From the NCBI GenBank assembly GCA_964604435.1, contig CAZRZB010000002.1, forward strand, positions 4,252 to 68,251: a stretch of 64,000 nucleotides of DNA, in the 5' to 3' direction. The stretch is from an uncultured Aestuariivirga sp. GTDB taxonomy: Bacteria; Pseudomonadota; Alphaproteobacteria; Rhizobiales; Aestuariivirgaceae. The notes beneath the pieces were generated by a model. That model saw only the letters and a program-made list of their open reading frames with translations. It did not search any database and was not told the origin of the DNA. Position numbers and translations under genes: made by a program. This document shows positions 57,859 through 64,000 of this stretch, one piece after another. Numbering within the stretch: the first letter of the stretch is position 1; every line of letters starts with the position of its first letter.

Positions 57859-57962
57859 TGCTACATCGATTGTGCAAAAACTGCAATAAAAACATGTCGC
57901 CTGATGTGAAAATCCAGAAGGATTCAGTTTTTGTTAAATGTTAATGCACAATCGAATGTGCA
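57859..57962. promoter_or_regulatory. Two LacI-type operators in the divergent spacer
   Basis: TGCTACATCGATTGTGCA (57859-57876) and TGCACAATCGAATGTGCA (57945-57962); consensus palindrome TGCACAATCGATTGTGCA with central CG. Confidence 0.7.
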
Positions 57963-58015
57963 CTTGTATTTTGCCACTCCAAAAAGTGGCTCCAGTAAAC
58001 AACGGGAGAGATATC

Positions 58016-59011
58016 ATGCTTAGACGTCAAGTTCTGCAGATGATGGGAGCAGCAGTCGCTGCCACGGCTGTTCCAGGGATCGCGGTCGCGCAAGCCAAGC
58101 CGACAATGGGCATCGTGGTCAAGATTGGCGGTATTCCATGGTTCAACGCGATGGAAATGGGAATCAAGGAAAACGGTGAGAAACTGGGCGTGGACGCAAC
58201 AATGATCGGTCCCACGAGTGCCGATCCGGCACTTCAAGTACGCGCCATCGAAGACTTGATCGCCAAGGGCGTGAATGTCATCGGCGTCGTGCCGAATGAC
58301 GAAAAGGCCCTCGAGCCGGTGCTGGAAAAGGCCCGTGCCGCCGGGATCAAGGTCGTGGCTCATGAAGGCCCCGGCATCGTGAACAAGGACTGGGATTTTG
58401 AGTTGGCCTCAGCCAAGGGTTTCGGTGAAACCCACGCCGAATTGCTGGCACAGAAGATGGGCGGCAAGGGTGAATATGCGGTGTTCGTGGGCTCGCTCAC
58501 GGTTCCGCTGCACAACGCCTGGGCCGATGCGGGGAACGCCTACATCGCCGCGAAATATCCAGATATGAAGCTCATCGGCGAGCGCTATGGTGTCGCCGAA
58601 AGCGTCGACGACAGCCGCAAGACCGCACTCGACTTGCTGGCCGCCAACCCGAACCTGGCGGGCTTCCTCGCCTTCGGCAGCCAGGGCCCAATCGGTGCTG
58701 GCCGCGCCATTGAGGAACGCAAGTTGGTCGGAAAGGTGTTTGTGCTTGGGCCGTTCTCTCCAGGCCAGGGCCGCAAGCTGGTGAAGGCAGGAGCCATCGC
58801 CGGCGGCTTCATGTGGAACCCGGCCGAAGCTGGCCGCGTTTTCGTCACCGTTGGTAAGATGTTGGCCGAGGGCACGGAATTCACGGACGGCATGACCATT
58901 GAAGGTCTAGGCGTCGTGCATCCCGATGCGGCAACTCATAACATCATCACCGATAACCTGATCGCCATCAACGCCGAAACCGTTGACAAGCTGGCGGACC
59001 TCGGGCTCTAG
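58016..59011 (+). CDS. Sugar ABC substrate-binding protein (LsrB/RhaS-like), Tat-exported
   Basis: LRRQVL signal; VVKIGGIPWF, QVRAIEDLIA, VVPND, MWNP. Confidence 0.85.
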   Translation: MLRRQVLQMMGAAVAATAVPGIAVAQAKPTMGIVVKIGGIPWFNAMEMGIKENGEKLGVDATMIGPTSADPALQVRAIEDLIAKGVNVIGVVPNDEKALEPVLEKARAAGIKVVAHEGPGIVNKDWDFELASAKGFGETHAELLAQKMGGKGEYAVFVGSLTVPLHNAWADAGNAYIAAKYPDMKLIGERYGVAESVDDSRKTALDLLAANPNLAGFLAFGSQGPIGAGRAIEERKLVGKVFVLGPFSPGQGRKLVKAGAIAGGFMWNPAEAGRVFVTVGKMLAEGTEFTDGMTIEGLGVVHPDAATHNIITDNLIAINAETVDKLADLGL

Positions 59012-59026
59012 AGCGGCAACTTCCGT

Positions 59027-59057
59027 AGGGGCTGCCAGTCTCTGGCGGCCCCTTTCT
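59027..59057 (+). terminator. Hairpin after the SBP gene
   Basis: AGGGGCTGCCAG-TCT-CTGGCGGCCCCT followed by TTCT. Confidence 0.5.
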
Positions 59058-59116
59058 CAGCGGTATCGCGCCTGACTGTGCCATGCGGTATGTCTTCAAC
59101 TATGGAAATTTGGACA

Positions 59117-59671
59117 ATGAGCACGCTTTATCAAATCGCCCTCTCGGAACTTGGCGGTGTCTTTGCGAAGTTGAACGATGCCGACGTTGACACCGCCCTC
59201 GGCATGATCGCCAAGGCGAAGAAGATCGTGGTTTTCGGCGGCGGCCGCGAACGGTTGCAGATCATGGGACTTGCCATGCGGCTCTATCACATGGGCCTTG
59301 CCGTTGCTGTTGAGGGCGACATGACGACGCCGCCGGTGGGCAAGGGCGACCTGTTCATCGTCACCGTCGGGCCTGGCGAGATTTCCACTGCCTTGGCACT
59401 TCTCGGCGTAGCCAAGGATGCGGGAGCATCGATCCTCGTGATCACGGCCCAGCCTAAGGGAAGGGCTGCCGCTTTTGCCGATTTCGTGCTCACGCTTCCG
59501 GCGCAGACCATGGCCGACGACCAGGGCGAGAAGAAAAGTTCGGTTCTTCCCATGGGGTCTCTCTATGAGGGCGCGCTGTTCATACTGTTCGAGGTGATGG
59601 TCTTGAAGCTGAAGGACAAGCTCAAGATCGATCCCGAAGTCATGCGGTCGAATCACACAAACCTTGAGTAG
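59117..59671 (+). CDS. SIS-domain isomerase, 6-phospho-3-hexuloisomerase-like
   Basis: GGGRE, AMRLYHMG, GDMTTPP, LPMGSLYE and the C-terminal HTNLE typical of HxlB/PHI. Confidence 0.85.
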   Translation: MSTLYQIALSELGGVFAKLNDADVDTALGMIAKAKKIVVFGGGRERLQIMGLAMRLYHMGLAVAVEGDMTTPPVGKGDLFIVTVGPGEISTALALLGVAKDAGASILVITAQPKGRAAAFADFVLTLPAQTMADDQGEKKSSVLPMGSLYEGALFILFEVMVLKLKDKLKIDPEVMRSNHTNLE

Positions 59672-59697
59672 TATCGCGGGAAAGATGGGACGAGTTG

Positions 59698-61230
59698 ATG
59701 CCTGCCGCAGTTCAGCAAGAGCGGAAGCCGATTGACGGCACCAATGTGCCGGCCATCCGGTTCAGCCACATTTCCAAGATTTTTGGCGGGGTTCTCGCGC
59801 TTGACGATGTATCCTTCGAAGTGGGGCGCGGCGAAGTCCATTGTCTGGCCGGGGAAAATGGCAGCGGCAAAAGTACACTGATCAAGATCATCACTGGTGT
59901 CTACGCGCCTGAGCCGGGCGCGGTGATGGAGTATTTCGGCAATGCCGAATCCTCCGTCACGCCCAATGCAGCGCGCGGCCATGGCATTGCCGTGATCTGG
60001 CAGGATCTGGCTTTGTTCGGGGAAATGACGGTGGCCGAGAATATCGCTTTCGAGACGATGCTTGGCAATCGTCCTCGCCTTGTCAACTATGCGGCGATGC
60101 GCAACCTGGCCCACGCGGCGCTTGCAAAACTCGGTGTCGAGCTGGATCTTGAGGCCAGGCTGAAAACACTGCCCATTGCCCAACGCCAACTCGTGGCGAT
60201 CGCGCGTGCCTTGGTGAGCGATGCCCGGCTGATCTTCATGGACGAGCCGACATCCTCTCTCACTCAAACCGAAACCGATCATCTGCTGATCGTGGTGCGA
60301 ACCCTCTCCAAGGCAGGAGTAGCCGTGGTCTTCGTCAGCCACCGCCTGGCTGAAGTCCTCGATATCGCCAACCGCGTCACCGTTTTACGCGATGGCCGCC
60401 TGGTCGGCGTTTACCAGACCGAAGGCATGACCCAGTCGCGTCTTACCGAACTGATGACCGGCAAGACCTTCGACAAGGTGGTGGCTGCGCGCGATACCGC
60501 CGCCAGTCCTGCCGTTCTGGAGGTTGAACATCTGTCGCGCCAGGGCGAGTACGATGACATCAACTTCACGATCCGAGCCGGCGAGGTGCTGGGGCTGACG
60601 GGATTGATCGGTGCCGGCCGCACTGAACTGGGCCACACACTGTTCGGCATGACAAAGCCGGACCGCGGCACGATGCGGCTCAACGGTAAAGTCCTGCACC
60701 TGAAGTCCAACCGCGATGCGGTGGCCGCCGGCATCTCCTATGTCTCGGAGGACCGGCTGGCGCTCGGCCTCATTCAACCGCAGTCGATCGCCGACAATCT
60801 CGTACTGCCGGTCCTGGACCGCATCTCGGGCCGTGACGGCCTGATCTCCCGTGAAAAAAAGGCCGGCCTCGTATCGAAGTGGATTGAGGATCTGGCAGTC
60901 AAGATCGGCAAACCGGAGGATGCCATTGCCACACTCTCAGGTGGCAACCAGCAGCGGGTGGTTCTGGCCAAATGGCTGGCAACCGATCCAAAGGTGCTGA
61001 TCCTCGATTGCCCGACTGTGGGCGTCGACGTCGGTGCCCGCGCGGGAATCTACAAGATCGTGCGCGCGCTGGCCGACAAGGGGCTCGCCATTCTGCTGAT
61101 TTCGGACGAGGTCTCCGAAGTGCATTTCAACGCCGACCGGATTCTCCATATGGCGGGTGGGCGGATTGCCGCCGAATTCGACCCGCGCCGCACTACGCTG
61201 CGGGAGCTTGAAGAGGCGGTCTATGCATAG
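59698..61230 (+). CDS. Sugar ABC ATP-binding protein
   Basis: GENGSGKS, DEPTSSL, VSEDR, LSGGNQQRVVLAKW. Confidence 0.9.
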   Translation: MPAAVQQERKPIDGTNVPAIRFSHISKIFGGVLALDDVSFEVGRGEVHCLAGENGSGKSTLIKIITGVYAPEPGAVMEYFGNAESSVTPNAARGHGIAVIWQDLALFGEMTVAENIAFETMLGNRPRLVNYAAMRNLAHAALAKLGVELDLEARLKTLPIAQRQLVAIARALVSDARLIFMDEPTSSLTQTETDHLLIVVRTLSKAGVAVVFVSHRLAEVLDIANRVTVLRDGRLVGVYQTEGMTQSRLTELMTGKTFDKVVAARDTAASPAVLEVEHLSRQGEYDDINFTIRAGEVLGLTGLIGAGRTELGHTLFGMTKPDRGTMRLNGKVLHLKSNRDAVAAGISYVSEDRLALGLIQPQSIADNLVLPVLDRISGRDGLISREKKAGLVSKWIEDLAVKIGKPEDAIATLSGGNQQRVVLAKWLATDPKVLILDCPTVGVDVGARAGIYKIVRALADKGLAILLISDEVSEVHFNADRILHMAGGRIAAEFDPRRTTLRELEEAVYA

Positions 61231-62215
61231 TTTGATTCGCGCTTATCCAACGGAAACCCGGCTCCTCGCCGTTCTGCTGGCCATTTGCGCCTTCCTATCG
61301 TTTGCCACCGATAGTTTCTTCACGCTTGGCAACATCACCTCCCTCCTCAACAATTATGCAGTCAATGTGATCTGGGCGGTGGGGCTTCTGGTCGTGCTCA
61401 TCGCTGGCGGTATCGACATTTCCTTCGCGGTGGCTGCTTCCGTCGTTCAATATGTCAGTGTCTACGTTTTCCAAGCTCTTGGCGGCGGCAACTGGCTGAT
61501 CGGTTTCGCAGTCGCCGGCGGACTGGGGGTGCTGGTCGGCTTCATCAACGCAGGCCTGATCCACTATTTCCGCATCATCTCTATTGTGGTGACCATCGCC
61601 ACCTTTAACGCGCTGTTCGGCCTGTTGATGTTCACCACTTCCGGCCGCTTTCTCTATGATCTTCCAGATTGGTGGACGACTCCCATATCACTTTTTGAAG
61701 CGCAGAGCGCCGATGGCACCTGGGCCAACCTCAATCTGCCGGTCGCCGTAATGGTTGTGGCCATGCTAGCGACCTGGTTCCTTATCCGCCACACAACTAC
61801 CGGCCGCCAACTCTATGCTTTTGGCGACAATCCGGAAGGGGCACGGCGCGCGGGCGTCAATATCGCGCTGATGCAATTCATCGCTTTCGGCTGGATGGGT
61901 CTGATGGCCGGCATTGGCGGGTTGATGCAGACCAACATCGTTCAGGAAGTCGTGCCCAATGCCCTGATCGGCCGCGAGATGGATGTGCTGGCGGCGGTGG
62001 TGCTTGGCGGGGCGCGGCTCGGCGGCGGTCGCGGCTCGGTCATTGGCTGCTTCCTCGGTGTGCTGCTTGTGGCGGTCACCCAGAATGGCCTTAACCTGCT
62101 CGGCGTCTCGCCCTTTGCCTTCAAAATGATCGTCGGCTTGATCATCTTGTTTGCCATTTCCATGTCGAACCTGAATTTCGGCGGTCTCGCCAAGTCGGCG
62201 CGGGGGGGCCACTAG
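61223..62215 (+). CDS. Sugar ABC permease
   Basis: GGIDISF, GRQLYAFGDNPE, VLAAVVLGGA. Confidence 0.88.
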   Translation: MHSLIRAYPTETRLLAVLLAICAFLSFATDSFFTLGNITSLLNNYAVNVIWAVGLLVVLIAGGIDISFAVAASVVQYVSVYVFQALGGGNWLIGFAVAGGLGVLVGFINAGLIHYFRIISIVVTIATFNALFGLLMFTTSGRFLYDLPDWWTTPISLFEAQSADGTWANLNLPVAVMVVAMLATWFLIRHTTTGRQLYAFGDNPEGARRAGVNIALMQFIAFGWMGLMAGIGGLMQTNIVQEVVPNALIGREMDVLAAVVLGGARLGGGRGSVIGCFLGVLLVAVTQNGLNLLGVSPFAFKMIVGLIILFAISMSNLNFGGLAKSARGGH

Positions 62216-62216
62216 A

Positions 62217-63212
62217 ATGACAACGCTCTACGCAAAACTCGACAAGCAATTTGGCTCAGGCGTTATCGGACTTCTCGGATTTCTCGTCCTGGTCCTGATG
62301 GTTTTCAGCCTGACATCGCCGCAGTTTTTGAGTGCCGCCAATTTCGATTCGATTGCCTTCCAGCTGCCCGAACTTGGCCTGCTGACTCTGGCCATGCTCA
62401 TGCCGATCATTTCCGGCGGCTTCAATCTGGCAATCATCTATACTGCCAACATCTGCGGTCTTACACTCGCCTGGGTGTTGATGCAGTATGGTGGCGCCGA
62501 TGCCGGCGTTCCTGCCTTTCTGCTGGGCGCGGCCGCGGCTATCGCGGTGGGGGCGCTGGCAGGCTGCATCATGGGGCTGGTCATTGCCTATATCGGCGCC
62601 CATCCCATCCTCGTCTCGCTTGCGATGATGATCTTCCTCAGGGGTCTTGGCGAATTCCTCACCAAGGGCGGTGACATTTCAGGATTTCCGGATTTTCTCC
62701 ACGGTGTTGGGCACGGCTACATATTGGGGGTTCCCGTTCCATTGCTGATTTTTGCCGTTGCGGTAGTGATCTGGCACATTTTGTTGACCCGGACCCGGCA
62801 TGGCTTCTCGGTCTATATGGTCGGATCCAATATCCTTGCGGCAAACTACTCCGGCATCCACACGAAGCGCACGCTGACGTTAATCTACACGCTTTCCGGC
62901 GTGATGTGTGCAGTTGCTGGTATTCTCATGCTGACACGCTTCAACTCCGTGCGCGTCGGCCATGGCGAGGCACTGCTGCTGGTGACCGTGCTTGCCTGCT
63001 TCCTCGGCGGCGTCGATCCTTTCGGCGGTTTTGGCCGGGTCGTTCCCGTGGTGCTCGCCTTGATCATCCTGCAGGTGTTGTCATCGGGGCTGAACCTGCT
63101 GGGTGCCAACCAACATCTGTCTACAGCGGTATGGGGTCTGTTCCTGATCGCAGTAATGATCCTGCGCTGGGCAGCAGCCGCACTCAGAAACTCAAACCGG
63201 AAAAAGGAATAG
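62217..63212 (+). CDS. Sugar ABC permease
   Basis: FQLPELGLL, HPILVSL, YMVGSN, LGGVDPFGGFG. Confidence 0.88.
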   Translation: MTTLYAKLDKQFGSGVIGLLGFLVLVLMVFSLTSPQFLSAANFDSIAFQLPELGLLTLAMLMPIISGGFNLAIIYTANICGLTLAWVLMQYGGADAGVPAFLLGAAAAIAVGALAGCIMGLVIAYIGAHPILVSLAMMIFLRGLGEFLTKGGDISGFPDFLHGVGHGYILGVPVPLLIFAVAVVIWHILLTRTRHGFSVYMVGSNILAANYSGIHTKRTLTLIYTLSGVMCAVAGILMLTRFNSVRVGHGEALLLVTVLACFLGGVDPFGGFGRVVPVVLALIILQVLSSGLNLLGANQHLSTAVWGLFLIAVMILRWAAAALRNSNRKKE

Positions 63213-63216
63213 GACA

Positions 63217-64000
63217 ATGCAAGGTTTTGGCGTTCATACTAGCATGTGGACAATGAACTGGAATCGCGCCGGAGCGGAAAAAGCGATTGCCGCCGCGGTT
63301 CACTACAAGATGGATTTCATCGAAATCGCTCTGCTCAACGCGCCAGCCGTGGACGCAGCGCACTCACGGGCACTCTTGGAAAAGAACAACTTGAAGGCGG
63401 TTTGCTCGCTTGGTCTTCCGCAGGCTGTGTGGGCCTCGAAGAATCCTGAAGGGGCAATCGAACACCTAAAGGTCGCCATCGACAAGACCGCGGAATTGGG
63501 TGGGCTTGCCCTATCGGGTGTCACCTATGGCGGTATTGGCGAACGCACAGGCTCGCCGCCAACACAGACCGAATATGACAATATTGCCCGGACTTTGTCT
63601 GCGGCGGCCAAACATGCAAAATCGCGCGGCATCCAGTTCGGTATCGAACCAGTAAATCGCTATGAGAACCACCTTATCAACACCGGTTGGCAAGCCGTCG
63701 AGATGATCGAGCGGGTCGGTGCCGACAATATTTTCATCCATCTCGACACCTATCACATGAACATCGAAGAGAAGGGGGCTGCAAACGGGATTCTCGATGC
63801 GCGGGAGCACTTGAAATATATCCATCTCTCCGAGAGTGACAGGGGAACTCCAGGCTGTGGCACCTGCGATTGGAATGAGGTTTTTGCCGCCCTTGCCGCT
63901 ATTAGGTTCAAGGGCGGATTGGCCATGGAGAGTTTTATCAACATGCCTCCTGAAGTGGCTTTTGGCCTATCGGTATGGAGACCTGTCGCGCGTGATGAAA
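63217..64000 (+). CDS. D-psicose/D-tagatose/L-ribulose 3-epimerase family protein (partial, runs off window)
   Basis: MQGFGVHTSMW..., EPVNRYE, HLDTYHMNIEE, HLSESDRGTPG and MESF metal/catalytic motifs. Not in the ORF track because it has no stop. Confidence 0.85.
   Translation, partial: MQGFGVHTSMWTMNWNRAGAEKAIAAAVHYKMDFIEIALLNAPAVDAAHSRALLEKNNLKAVCSLGLPQAVWASKNPEGAIEHLKVAIDKTAELGGLALSGVTYGGIGERTGSPPTQTEYDNIARTLSAAAKHAKSRGIQFGIEPVNRYENHLINTGWQAVEMIERVGADNIFIHLDTYHMNIEEKGAANGILDAREHLKYIHLSESDRGTPGCGTCDWNEVFAALAAIRFKGGLAMESFINMPPEVAFGLSVWRPVARDE

Noticed and set aside
1-64000. CRISPR arrays, tRNA/rRNA genes, phage or defence genes
   Set aside because: No regularly spaced repeats, RNA-gene signatures or such protein motifs were seen by eye; a covariance search was not possible.

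Overview
GC-rich, alphaproteobacterial-looking accessory region (inferred from gene content) built as a mosaic of nutrient-scavenging modules separated by IS and pseudogene debris. (1) 1-14.8 kb: an aliphatic-amide regulon with amiC (3' end), amiR, an Urt-type ABC transporter, amiE, a CbbQ/CbbO-type AAA+/VWA pair and an aquaporin. A second operon follows (NCS1 permease, MetX-like hydrolase, amidase-signature amidase). Each operon has a dual-hairpin ANTAR-type leader overlapping a terminator. (2) 17.6-30.9 kb: a GntR-linked module bracketed by two homologous IS3 stubs, encoding PxpA, a degenerate GroEL-like protein, a Pot-type ABC transporter, a split urea-carboxylase-like set (AHS1/AHS2/BCCP/BC) and a hydroxylysine-kinase/phospho-lyase-like pair. 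(3) 32-38.5 kb: cupin, GlxA-type regulator and a TmoXWV-like ABC transporter. (4) 39-46 kb: FadR regulator, sugar ABC, Fe-ADH and ALDH. (5) 46.5-55.3 kb: BetI, Opp-type ABC and a CocE/NonD hydrolase. (6) 56.7-64 kb: LacI, sugar ABC, SIS isomerase and a ketose 3-epimerase (truncated). The best candidate for an undescribed system is a Rubisco-activase-type CbbQO pair apparently serving an aliphatic amidase, which itself ends in His-Arg like CbbQO-client Rubiscos. The second is an intact chaperonin homologue lacking its catalytic aspartates, coupled to pxpA. All calls come from motif recognition by eye; no searches were run.
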